Shown here: positions 13,130 through 25,334 of the stretch, piece after piece
Position numbering within the stretch: position 1 is the first letter of the stretch
Layout of the letters: every line of letters starts with the position of its first letter
Source: Chiloscyllium plagiosum
Taxonomy: Eukaryota
Direction of reading: 5' to 3'
NCBI RefSeq assembly: GCF_004010195.1
Contig: NC_057760.1
Span: 3,559,440 to 3,623,439, forward strand
Length of the DNA: 64,000 bases
Notes under the pieces: generated by a model
What the model was told of the DNA's origin: nothing
Seen by the model: the letters and a program-made list of their open reading frames with translations, nothing else
Database searches by the model: none
Program-made: the position numbers and the translations under genes

Positions 13130-14060
13130 ACGGTTACTCAGCCTCCATTACACACAACCCACACAGCTCCAGCTCCCGCCCCCCGTGCCCCCTCTCCCAT
13201 TGGTCCCGCCGCTCACTCCAGTCCGCTCATTGGTTGCGATTCAAATCCCGCCCTCCTCTCCCCCCCTCCCCGCGCGTCCCCCTCCACGTCCCCGGTGCTC
13301 ACTGGTCGCGGCGCCGCGTCGATCATCCTCATGGCGGGATGTGATTGGATCCGGTGGGCGGGGTTTCCCCAGCACCTGCCCCCCCCCCTCCGTCGATCAA
13401 GATCCAAGGGGGACGAAGGGGTTGGCCGCGCGCTGGGGACGCGTAGGGGGGGGGTTGGCGGCACGCTATTGGCTAGCTCTGCTGTCACTCTGTCGCCGGG
13501 CGGGTCGTCGTGGCCGTTGATTCCCAATGCGATTGGTCCAAATAGGAAGGGACTGGTCACGCTCCGAGGTCTGATTGGTAAAGGCGGGTGTCAATAAAAA
13601 TTGAATTCTCCGTCCCTCCCTCAACGCTCGAGGTTGTGAAAGCGCCAAAAGCTGGGTCGGAAGGGGGTCGGTGTATTGGTGAATAGTGTAGACCCCTCCC
13701 TGTCGACGAACAACAACAACAACAACAATGGCGGACGTCGATTAATGTCCTTCTTATAGACTGAGTGAGGCAAAGTCCTTCTGTTTTTTTTCCACATTCA
13801 GACTTTACTAAATAACCTGCTTTGTGCCCGTGGTAGCCATATCTCACAAGTTCTTATTTATTTCCCCTCACCCCGCCATTCCCTTCGGTCTGTTTGTTAT
13901 TTACGTGTGTCGGGGAGCGATTTTTTCCCCCCCTCCGAAATGATCCAGAATTAATCGTATAATCGCAAATCTAAAACCAGATCATGTATTTTATGTGTTG
14001 TACACGGATCGCGCTAAATTCTGGGGGGGGTGGAGGTTTCCCGCGGAGGCAGGCGCTGTG
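13130..14060 (-). promoter_or_regulatory. CpG-island promoter of ANP32E
   Basis: Only strongly CpG-rich stretch in the window. Eight CCAAT/ATTGG pentamers (13199, 13229, 13344, 13468, 13524, 13532, 13574, 13675), GC boxes, TTTGAA (minus, 13240-13245), E2F-type TTTGGCGC (minus, 13642-13649) and TTTCCCGC (14037-14044). Confidence 0.85.
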
Positions 14061-14689
14061 TCAGGTGGAATATCGAGGAAAGGAAAACCAGATCCAAACG
14101 TGAAAAACCTCTTCAGGAAAGGAGTAGGTTTGGTGTTTCATAAATGTTCTCACCCCACCTTCCCAAAACAAAGACGGGAGGACAACTTGTTACGAGGTTC
14201 ATTCGTGGATGCTGAAGAAAATGCTTGCAAAAGGTATTGATTTTTATGTAAAGTTTTTTGTTTATTTATATGTACGTATGAAATATATTGTTTTATGTTT
14301 GAAAGGTAGAGGATGTGGTGAAGCTTCATGAAACTCCTAGGTTTGGCCTCCTAGGTTCCACAACTTGTTTTTTTTTCCCAGGAAGGATTCAGAAAAGATT
14401 CATGAGAATGGTTCCTGGAATGGGGGACTTCAGTCCCCATGGGTAGATTGATGCATCTCCTCCTCAAAAGGGGAGAGCAAGAGCTTGAGAGGAGATTCGA
14501 TGGGAAATGTGACCAGAACTGTTAGGCTGGATACAGGAGGAAAAAACGTCCCTCCCATTTGTCGGATGAGACCCAAATGACACTGATTGATGGCAAAAGG
14601 AGCAAAGATGACATGAGACCAAGCCTTTTTCTCAAGACTCGATATCAAGTTTAACAATTATAGAGCATGAACGCTTGCTTCCATGTCTA

Positions 14690-15235
14690 TTTCCCATCAC
14701 CACACCCAGGTCCTGTCATGACATGAATTGCTTTCAATCTATTTTCAACAACTCATAGCTCCCATTAACACCTATCTAGTTTCTCCTCTAGCTTAAATCT
14801 CCACGCTTCAGGCTCTCTGCCTTTATTCCTGATAAAGGGCTTTTGCCCGAAACGTCGATTTCGAAGCTCCTGGGATGCTGCCTGAATTGCTGTGCTCTTC
14901 CAGCACCACTGATCCAGAATCTGGTTTCCAGCATCTGCAGTCATTGTTTTTACCTAGTTTCTCCTTTACCCTAGTTTACTATCAAAATAATCCCTTTGTC
15001 AACCTACCTTTTTTCTCTGACTCTTTCTGGGCTCTCTCCATGTATTTGCGCATGCCCCTCCATCAAGCTATACCACCTTTTCCCAGCTATGGGCAGTTCT
15101 GAAGGAGGGTTACTGGACTTGAAATGTTAACTGTTTTTCTCTCTCCACAGATGCTGCAAGACCTGCTGAGTTTCTCAAACAATTTCGATGCTTTATTTTT
15201 CAGATTTCCTGCATCTGCAGTTCTTTAGTTTATTT
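14690..15235 (+). mobile_element. Older PLE-like terminal repeat with a younger PLE repeat nested at 14788-14953
   Basis: Inner copy flanked by CTAGTTTCTCCT (14776-14787, 14954-14965). The outer family is also seen inverted at about 12345-12480. Confidence 0.7.
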
Positions 15236-15389
15236 TCCATTTTTTTAAAAAATGGTTTTAATCATAGGAGTTATTATATGCTGTCTGGCAATGTGATGGA
15301 GATGGATCCAGTCCTCGCTTTCGAAAGGGAATTGGATGAATCTCTGAAGAGAGAAAATGTGCAGAGCTACGAGGAATGTATTACATTCA

Positions 15390-16370
15390 TTTTTGGTCCC
15401 CTTACTTGAGGGATGTAATTGCAACGGAGGCAGTTCAAAGGATGTTCACTGGATCGATTCCAGAGATGAAGGAGCTGTCTCATAAAAAGAACCTGAAAGG
15501 GTTCAGAAAAGACTTATAAGAATGTTGCCAGAGTTGAATGTTTGATATATACAAAAAGGCTGAATAGGCTAGGGCTAATTTCCCTGGAACATCGGAGGCT
15601 GAGGGGTGACCTTACAGAGGTTTATAAAATCATGAAGGGCATGGATAATGTGAATAGCCCTGGTCTTTTTCGCAGGGTAGGTAAGTCAAAAATTAGAGGG
15701 CATAGGTTTAAGGTAAGAGGGGCAAGATTTAAAAGACATCTAAGGGACAACTTGTTCACGCAGAAGGTGGTGCGTGTACTAAATGAGCTACCAGAGGAAG
15801 TACAGGGGGTGAGTACAATGGATATGTGAATAGGGAAGGATTAGAAGGCTGAGGCAAATGTAGGCAAACAGCACTAGATAATTCAAGATTAACATAGATG
15901 AGTTGGATCGAAGGGTCTATTTCCGTGCTGTACACCTCTATGACTCTAAAAAAGATTGAACAGTTTAGGCCTATACTTCCTAGAGTTTAGAAGAATAAGA
16001 GGACATCTAGTTGAGATATATAAAATTCTAAAGGGGATTGATAAAGTATGCAAAGAGGGGATGTTTCTAGAAACTGGGACAATCTAGAACAAGAGGTCAT
16101 AGCTTTAGGATGAGGAGCGTCAGATTTAAAACTGTGATTAAGGGTCTCAAAGGATCATGAATCTGTGGAATTTACTAACCCAGAGAGCATGGATGCCAGG
16201 GCTCAGAGTAAATTTAAAAGGAGATTAGTTTTTAGTTAGTAATGGGTTGAAGGGTTATGGTAGGTGGGCAGGGAAATGGAATCGAGGCCGATATGAGATC
16301 AGCTGTGATAGTATTGAATGGCAGAGTAGGCTCAAGGAGCTGAATTGCCTACTCCTGCTCCTTATGAAAT
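15390..16370 (+). mobile_element. Two nested CR1 LINE 3' fragments
   Basis: ORF 15542..15829 is the RT C-terminus, with a tail at about 15945. An older CR1 family flanks it on both sides. Confidence 0.8.
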
Positions 16371-19169
16371 GTGGGTGTAGAGGGGCTCTGGCTGAGTTGC
16401 TGTCTTGGAGTGAATTGATCCAAACATGACAGGCTCCATGAGCATCCATCTCTACTGTAACCTTTATGATTTCATAGCAGTCAAATAGTGAAGATACTGC
16501 TAAATGGCTCAGACTACAGTTTAGAGTCCAGTGCAATGAGGCATATCTCATAGTACCTGTTTTAAACGGTTTCCGGTATTCTGTGTTGTATCTTCACAGC
16601 TGAGTTTTGTTTTATTTGTCTGAGTTAACTGAGTGAAAAACCAAATCAATAAAACTACTTCAATGCTCTTGGGTAAATACATAACTTCCTAATGCTGCAA
16701 ATGTTCTCGTGCTCAGTATTTGAATGATCCCATGTTCTTCTGAATTCAAGCCCTCCTCTTTTTGTATTGTTCTGTTGTAAAGAGAGATCTGTGTACCTCT
16801 GTACTATCCACGATCAGCCTCCTGAAAATGATTACCTTGATGACTGTCCCTGGTTAAAATGATTAGGAAATAAAGGAAGTCTTTTTCTCACCCCTTCAAG
16901 CTTGTTCCACCATTTGTTGTTTTCAATTTCAGCTACACCTTCTTACATTATACAATCCCTTGATTCCCTTTTAGTCTCTTCAATCTACAATAGTTGAACT
17001 GCAGTGGTTCAAGAAGGCAGCTCACCAACATTGTCTCAAGGACACGTAGGAACAGGTAATAAATGCTAGCTAGCCAGTGACCTCTTTATTCCACAAAAAT
17101 GAATATACAAAGAAATTCCCTCAGTATCCACTTGATGACTGACTGATCTCTTTGGGTTAGACATTTCAAAGAATCACAACCCTGAATGAAGATAATTCTC
17201 ATCTCAGCTCTAAATGGTGACACCTTATCCTGAGACTGTGTTGCTGGGTTCTAGACTATCCAGGGTGAACAAGGCTGTTGTAGTGTTCACCTTGTCAAGT
17301 ACTGTCAGAAGGATTTGATGGTTTCAGTGAAATCATTCAGCGCTCCCCTATCTGGTGTCCTGCATGTCTAGCTTCAGGTTAGGGGAATAGGATGATTGTG
17401 TTCCTCTAGTTATAAACTAAGTCTTTGAACATTCAATGTCAAGGTTCAAACACATGGGTAAGGCAATCGAGGTGCTTGGTGTTTGTGGAAGTAGCATCAT
17501 CAAGATCCAATAGTTCCTGGAGGGGAGGATCAATAAAGGAAAAATAACTAATAAGTTTAAAGTTAAATATATTTGCATTCACAACACCTCAAAATTATCA
17601 ATTTATGTAATTTCAGGAATAAAACTTGCAATTTGTACATCACCTTTCATAACCTTAGGATGTTCCAAAGCAATGTACAGTCAATGAGTTGTTTAAGTAT
17701 TTTCACTGTGGTAAAGCATACAAACATAACACTAAATCAATCAATCAATCAATTTGTCCATAGCAAAGTTCATGACCAGAAATAAGCTAATTGATCAGAT
17801 TATATATTCACATTGGTTAAAGGATCAATATTAGGAAAATCTTATCTTCAAATAGTACTTTTAATCTTTCAAGTTGAGTTGAAAAGGCTTGTAAAGATTT
17901 TAATTCAGAGTCTCATCCAAACAACAGCTACTTCCCCTTGTTAGCCTGAACTGCAGTCTCTGAACTCTCTCACTGAACACTCTTATGAAGAGAGCATTGC
18001 CATTGAGCCAAACTGACACAAGGCAAGATTAATTTTCCATAAATATTCTGTGTCAAATGTTGTATCTTCCTGTAGGGATAAGATCTTGTATTTTAGGTGC
18101 CAAGTCTGAACCCTGAATCGATCCCTAGTTCCCTTCCTGTATTGTATGTAATTTGGTCAAAATAGTGACTAACAAAACATTAAGTAAGATCCATTAAAAT
18201 ATTATTCAGTGTTTTTTCTGCCTTGTAATCATTTTGGGAAAGGTAACTACTGTTTTCAGCCATTTTGAATACAATAGTTGATGGAACCTCCTTTGGGATT
18301 GTAGCAATTATTAAAATTTACTCATTTTGGAAACCTGCCAAACTGGAAAGTTCTCAGAGTCCATAAAAAAAGAGCTTGTGTGTTGTGTTCTACTAATGGG
18401 CAAATGCAATAACATTACATGGTAATCATCTAAAAAAAAAGAATTGATTTAAAGTAGCTCCTGATGTTGATTGTTCTTGGAAAAAAAAATTCTAATTGCT
18501 GATTGTCACTTTGAGAATGAAAAAATGGACAGCGAAATAGAAATTGTGAAAATCTCAAGTAAAATCTTTTCATTAAATTCATGGCAGGATGATCAAGAGT
18601 AAGGTAATCTTTACACAGTATTTAATATAATGTAATCTAGCAGCTTAGACTATGGTTTGCTCTCCTCTTCCTCCCTGTATTTACACAAATAAATGTTGAT
18701 TCCAAATAGTACATTGTTATGATCCCAGCTGATGTTATTACCAGACAAATCAGATCCCAGAATATATTTTGTTTTTGTTTTAATTTAACAAGGTGGTCAT
18801 CCACAGAAACAGGAGTATGCAGTGCTATATATTTAACAATAAAATAAAAGTTTATTATGCTACAGAAATGAAGATAAAATATAATAAACCAAGCTATTTA
18901 AATATAACACATTTTGCAACACAATAAAAATGCAACCCCATTTAGTCCAATGCTATCATTTTATAGAATTGAAAAACTGGAGAGAATTCACTTCTATTTA
19001 CAACTTTAGGTTTGAGTTAACTGTTTCTTCCAATTCCCAATCTTGAGAGTTTGAGAGGCTTTTCTTTGATTTGCACAATTGTGGTTAGACTTTCTCAGCT
19101 TCAAATAACTCCATTAAGAGTTCTAACCAAACACTTCAGGTTTGGAGCTTTCAAGCGATCCTCTTACAC

Positions 19170-19750
19170 AGAAACATAGAAAATAGCTGCAGAAGTAGGC
19201 CATTCAGCCCTTCAGGACTGCACCACCATTCAACATGAACATGGCTCAGTATCCCATTCCCACTTTCTCTTTGTATTCCTTGATCCCTTTAGCCGCAAGG
19301 GTCATGTCCAGCTCCCTCTTGGATATATCTAATGAACTGGCCCCAAAAGCTTCCTGTGAGAGAGAATTCCACAGATTCACAACTCTGAATGAATTAAACC
19401 CTTCCTCATCTCAGTCCTAAATGGCTTACCCCTTATTCTTAGACTATGACCCCTTGTTCTGGACTTCCCCAGCATTGGAACGTTCTTTCCACATCCAGCA
19501 TGCCCAGTCCCATCAGGATTTTATATATTTCTAGGAAATTCACCCCTCATTCTTCTAAATTCCAGCAAGAACAAGCCCAGTCGATCCAGTCTTTCCTCAT
19601 GCATTAGTCCTGCCATCCTGGGATTAGTCTGGTGAACCTTTGCTGGACTCCCTCAATAGCAAGAATGTCCTTCCTCAGACTAGGAGATCAAAACTGCACA
19701 CAATAGTCAAGGTGTGGCCTCAAAAAGGTCCTGTATAGCTGCAGCAAGAC
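19170..19750 (-). mobile_element. CR1 LINE 3' fragment
   Basis: Reverse-complement tail (AGAAACATAGAAAATAG) and RT C-terminal coding remnants. Confidence 0.8.
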
Positions 19751-19751
19751 A

Positions 19752-20602
19752 AAGGTTCTGCCTGTCTGTCTGATGTAGTGTTTGTTACAGGCAGGAAACT
19801 AGCCACCAGGATATACAAACACCAACTAGCCAGCAAAAGACATGACCTACTCTAACTAGAATCCTTACATACAGATGAAGAAGGACACCACCTCGATTGG
19901 GACCACGTAGCAATCCTAGGACAGGCTATCCTATCTACCTGCAACTCTACCTTCAAGGAGCTATGAACTTGTACTCCAAGGTCTCTTTGTTCAGCAACAC
20001 TCCCTAGGACCTTACCATTAAGTGTATAAGTCCTGCTAAGATTAGGGTGAGAGGGGAAAGAAATAAAAGAGACCTAAGGGGCAACTTTTTCTTGCAGAAG
20101 GTATTACATGTATAGAATGAGCTGCCAAAGGAAGTGGTGGAGGCCAGTACAATTGCAACATTTAAAAGGCAGCTGGATGGGATTTGAATAGGAAGGTTTT
20201 GGAGGGATATGGGCCAGGTGCTGGCAGGTGGGACTAAATTGGGTTGGGATATCTGGTCGGCATGGACGAGTTGGACCAAAGGGTCTGTTTCCATGTACAT
20301 CTCTATTACTCTAAATAGAGACACGCATGGGAATTCCTAGAGGCCTGGCATTCAAACTGGAAATCCATCAATAAATACATTGATTTGAACAATATTTACT
20401 AACCTCTGCGAACAAGAACTGGAAATGATATCACCCACCTTAACAGACCAAGATACACAAATAGAGAGTAGGCCAGAACTTCACCGGAGGCTCACTGATG
20501 ATGTTACGTAGCATGGTGGTGAAACATCTGAAAACAAACCTTCCAGCTCAGCGAGCAAACTTACAACCTGAACCTGAGCTACAAATCTTCTCAGAAATCG
20601 CA
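19752..20602 (+). mobile_element. Penelope-like element 3' fragment (GIY-YIG endonuclease C-terminus plus terminal repeat), interrupted by a LINE at 19926-20313
   Basis: Translates TGRKLATRIYKHQLA..RHD...HTDEEGHHLDWDHVAILGQA|K*RHAWEFLEAWHS...SINKYID. An inverted KHYIRQTGR segment lies at 19754-19786 and a hammerhead-like core at 20495-20528. Confidence 0.8.
19926..20313 (+). mobile_element. HER1-like LINE with inverted 5' segment
   Basis: 19926-20043 is antisense to the region equivalent to 28435-28551 of the long copy; 20042-20313 is the sense 3' end with tail. Confidence 0.85.
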
Positions 20603-20724
20603 AACATCCTTTTTGTGTTTATTCTTTTCAACTTCCATTACTGGCTCTTGACTCTTATTCAGTTTTCTCAATAAAATTAATAATTGATATTGGAGTAAAA
20701 TTAATATGACCAGCAACAGGAGCA

Positions 20725-22210
20725 TGAGACTCAGCAGGAGTAGGCCATTCAGCCATAGAGTCATACAGCATGGTAACAGCCCCTTTGGTCCAATGAATCC
20801 ATGTCAAATATAATCCCAAACTAAACTAGTCCCACCTGTCTTCTCCTGGTCCACATCCCTTCAAACCTTTCCTATTCATGTATCTATCTAAATGTCTTTT
20901 AAATGTTGTAATTGTGTCCATATCCACCACTTCCTCAGGATGTTCACTCTACCCACAATCCACAACTATTTGCCTCTCATGCCTTTTTAAAATCTCTCTC
21001 CTCTCACCTTAAAAATGTGCTCCCTAGTCTTGAAATCCCCATCTTAGGAAAAAGACAACTACCATTAACTCTGCCTATACCTCACTATTTTATAAACTTT
21101 TTGGTCATCTTTCAACCTCCTACGCTAGAAAATCCCAGCCTATTCAGCTTTCCTTTATAACTCAAACCTTCCATAGCCAACAACATCCTGGTAAGTTTCT
21201 ACTGAGCCCTCTCTAGCTTGATAATATTCTTATAACTGAGTGACCAGAAGTGGGCATGGTATTCCAGAAGAGGCCTCTCCTCCATTTTGTTCTTATTACA
21301 ATCCCACATCCATCTTTCTATATTCTATAATCCTTAACTCCCTTGTCCATCAAAATCTAATTAAGTCAGCCTCAAATAAATTCAATGGGCCAGCCTCAAC
21401 TACTTTGAGGGGAAGAGAATTTATATACCTTAGAGGAAAAACATGTTTCCTCAATTCTTTTGTGAAAGGAAGACCTTTTATTTTTAAACTGCATCCTCTA
21501 CTTCTAGCCTCCCTCACAAGAGGCAATGCTTTCCTGATATCCACGTTATTTACCTCATTCTTCTAAATTCCAATAGATGAAGGACCAATTTGTTCAACCT
21601 TTCTTCATAAGATAACTTCATCATGGAAATGAGTCAAATGAACTTCTCTGAAATACTTTTAACATGATTATATTCCTTTTCAAATAAGGAGACCAGAACT
21701 GTGCATTACTTCAGATGTGGCCCTGTACAAGTTGGTGTTTGTATATCCTGGTGGCTAGTTTCCTGCCTGTAACAAACACTGCATCAGACAGACAGGCAGA
21801 ACCTTTGTCTTGCTGCAGTTATACATGACCTTGTTGAGGCCACACCTTGACTATTGTGTGCAGTTTTGATCTCCTAGTCTGAGGAAAGACATGGTACAGC
21901 TGCAGTAGAACATCCTTTTATATTTAATTCCCCTTGCAAAAAAAAAGTCCCATTTGCCTTCTTATTTCTGACTTCTGCAAACTCTGTTGTGTTAAAGTGG
22001 GCGTTTATATTTTTCCATATTGTTCTGCCCATTGTTTGCCCATTTATTTAATCTGTCAATTCCTTGACAACCTCTTACCTATGTTGGTATTGTTGGCAAA
22101 AATTAGCAACTGTACATTTGGTCCCTGTATCTGAATTACTGATCGTAAATAATTGAGGCCACCAACAGTGATTCCTGTGGCATTTGACTAGTTACAGATT
22201 GCCAACAGGA
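20725..22210 (-). mobile_element. Cluster of nested antisense CR1 LINE 3' fragments
   Basis: Reverse-complement tail CATAGAGTCATAC at about 20755; ORF 21350..21544 resembles the CR1 RT C-terminus. Confidence 0.75.
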
Positions 22211-22965
22211 AAAAAAATGGCGTTCGGAATGTGCAATATAAAATCGTGGAGACTGTGCCCCAACAAATTCTACTTTTCCTTCAGCAAATGGAGTTTTCAA
22301 GCAGACTGCTTGATGAGTGGTAGAGCAAAGTGTTCTATGCTCATGAGACAGATAGTTTACTAACCTATCCCACTCCTCAAGGACTTCTTCATTTTTAATC
22401 TATTTTGAGGCACATCAAAATCCATATCATCTGGATTTGATTCCTCACTCTGCGGGACAGTAACTAACATCTGTTTCGCTAGTTCCTTCTCTCTAGGAAA
22501 ATACAATTTCAACATGTTCACATGACATTCCCGATAGTTTTTATTTTCTATCCGGTATCGTTACTAGATAGTTCACCTGACTCAACTTTTTCTTAATTTG
22601 ATAGGGACCACTAAACCTGGCTTTGAAGGGATCTCCTATCACTGGTAACTGTACTAACACGTAATCTCCTTGGGAAAACGTCCAAGTCTCAGAGCTTTTA
22701 TCTGCCACCTGCTTCATCCTATACTGTGCCCTCTTTCAATGCTGTTTAGTTAACTCACCTATTCAATTTAGTACCCCCCTCACCTGCGATACATAACCTA
22801 AGTTGAGATCTCCGATTTTGGTCCTGTCAAATTTTCTTTTAACTAATTACAAAGGGCCTCTCACTTCATGCCCGAATATTAACTCAAAGGGGGTGAACCG
22901 AGTAGATTCATTTGGGACATCTCTAATGGCAAACAATATGAATGGGATACCTTTATCCCAATCAT

Positions 22966-25334
22966 AGAACATTACCACAGTACAGGCCTTTGGGTGCTTA
23001 ATGTTGCACCACCCTGTGAAACCGATCTGAAGCCCATCTGACCTACGCTATTCCATTCTCATCCATATGCCCATCCAATGACCATTTAAGTGCCCATAAG
23101 GTTGGTCAGTCTACAACTGTTGCAGGCAGTGCATTCCATGCCCTTACTATCTAAGTAAATAAACTACCTCTGACATCTATATCTATCACCCCTCATGCTA
23201 GCCATCACCATCCGAGGAAAGAAAGGTCTCACTGTCCACTCGATCTAACCCTCTGATTGTCTTATATGTCTCCCTTAACTCACTTCCTCAATCTCCTCTG
23301 TAATGAAAACTGCTTCAAGTCCCTCAACCTTTCCTCATAAGACCTTCCCTCCATACCAGGCAACATCCTAGTAAATCTCCTCTGAACCATTTCCAAGGCT
23401 TCCACATCCTTCCTATAATGCGGTGACCAGAACTACACGCAATACTCCAAGTGCGACCACACCAGAATTTGTACAGCTACAGCAAGACCTCACGGTTCCG
23501 AAACTCAATCCCTATAATAATAAAAGCTAGCAGACCATATGTCATCTTAACAATCCAATCAACCTGGGTGGTAACTTTAGGGATCTATGTACATGGACAT
23601 CAAGATCTCCCTGCTCATCTACACTGCCAAGAATCTTACCATTCGCCAGTAATCTGCATTCCTGTTACTCCTTGCAAAGTGAATCACCTCACATCTTTCC
23701 GCATTAAACTCCATTTGCCACCTCTCAGCCCACCTCTGTAGCTTATCTATGTCCCTCTGTAACCTGTAACATCCTTCGGCACTATCCACAACTCTACTGA
23801 CTGTAGTGTCATCCGCCGATTTACTAACCCATCCTTCTACCCCTCATCCAGGTTGTTTATAAAAATGACAAACAGCAGTGAACCCAAAACAGATCCTTGT
23901 GGTGCACCACTAGTAACTGAACTCCAGGATGAACATTTCCCATCCACCACCACCCTTTGTCTTCTTTCAGCTAGCCAATTTCTGATCCAAACAGCTAAAT
24001 CACCCTCAATCCCTTGCCTCCGTATTTTGTGCAGTAACCTGCCATGGGGAATCTTATCAAACGCCTTACTGAAATCTATATACACCACATCAACACCTTC
24101 ACTCTCATCCACTTGTTAGGTCACCTTCTCAAAGATCTTAATAAGGTTTGTGAGGCACGACCTACCCTTCACAAAACCTTATTGACTATCCCCTAATCAA
24201 CATATTCCTATCGAGATGATTATAAATCCTATCTCTTATAACCTTTTCCAACACCTTACCCACAACCGAAGTAAGGTTCACTGGTCTATAATTACCAGAG
24301 TTGTCTGTACTCCCCTTCTTGAACAAGGGAACAACATTTGCTATCCTCCAGTCTGTTGGTACTATTCCTGGAAACAGTGATGGCATAAAGATCAAAGCCA
24401 AAGGCTCTGCAATCTCCTCCCTAGCTTCCCAAAGAATCCTAGGATAAATCCAATCTGGCCAAGGGGATTTATCTATTTTCACACTTTCCAGAATTTCTAA
24501 CACCTCTCCTTGTGAACCTCAATCCCGTCTAGTCTAGTAGTTTGTATCTCAGGATTCTCCTTGACAACATTGTCTTTTTCCAGTGTGAATACTGATGAAA
24601 AATATTCATTCAGCACTTCGCCTTTCTCCTCTGACTCCATGCACAACTTCCCACTACTGTCTTTGATTGGCCCTAATCTTACTCTAGTCATTCTTTTATC
24701 CCTTATGTACCTATAGAAAGCTTTAGGGTTTTCCCTGATCCTATCTGCCAACAACTCATGTCCCCTCCTCGCTCATCTAAACTCTCTCCTTAGATCTTTC
24801 CTGGCTACCTTGTAACTCTCAATCACCCTAACTGAACCCTCACATCTCATCCTAACTTAAGACTTCTTCCTCTTGACAAGAGATTTAACTTTCTTAGTAA
24901 ACCATGGCTCCTGCGCTCAACAGCTTCCTCCCTGTTTGACAGGTACATACTTATCAAAGATACACAGGAGCTTTTCCTTGAATAAGCTCCACATTTCTAT
25001 TATGCCCATCCCGTGCAGTTTCCTTCCCCGTCCAATGCATCCTGAATCTCGTCCAATCGCATCATAATTGCCTTTCTCCCAGCTGTAGCTCTTGCCCTCC
25101 AGTGTATATCTATCCCTTTCCAACCGTAAAGTAAACATAACTGGATTGTGATCACTATCACCAAAGTGCTCACCTACCTCTAAAGCTAACACCTGGCTGG
25201 GTTCATTACCCAGTACCAAATCTAATGTGGCCTCACGCCTTGTTGGCCTGCCTACATACTGTGTCAGAAAACCCTCCTGCACTCATTGGACAAAAACTGA
25301 CCCATCTAAAGTACTTGAACTGTACTTTCCCAGT
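22966..25334 (-). mobile_element. 5'-truncated CR1-clade LINE of a second family ((TTCTATG)n-type tail), inserted in the Gypsy integrase
   Basis: ORFs 24917..25282, 24186..24503 and 23837..24112 give [22 protein letters not shown] and PQGSVLG; flanked by CAATCAT at 22959-22965 and 25335-25341. Confidence 0.93.

Noticed and set aside
13185..13648. Several overlapping 60-115 aa ORFs
   Set aside because: Expected stop-codon scarcity in a GC-rich CpG island; no recognisable protein.
18715..19170. TGTTATGA-starting segment as the 3' LTR partner of the Gypsy element
   Set aside because: Shares only the first 8 bp with the LTR at 31063; at most a fragment of a different LTR family.
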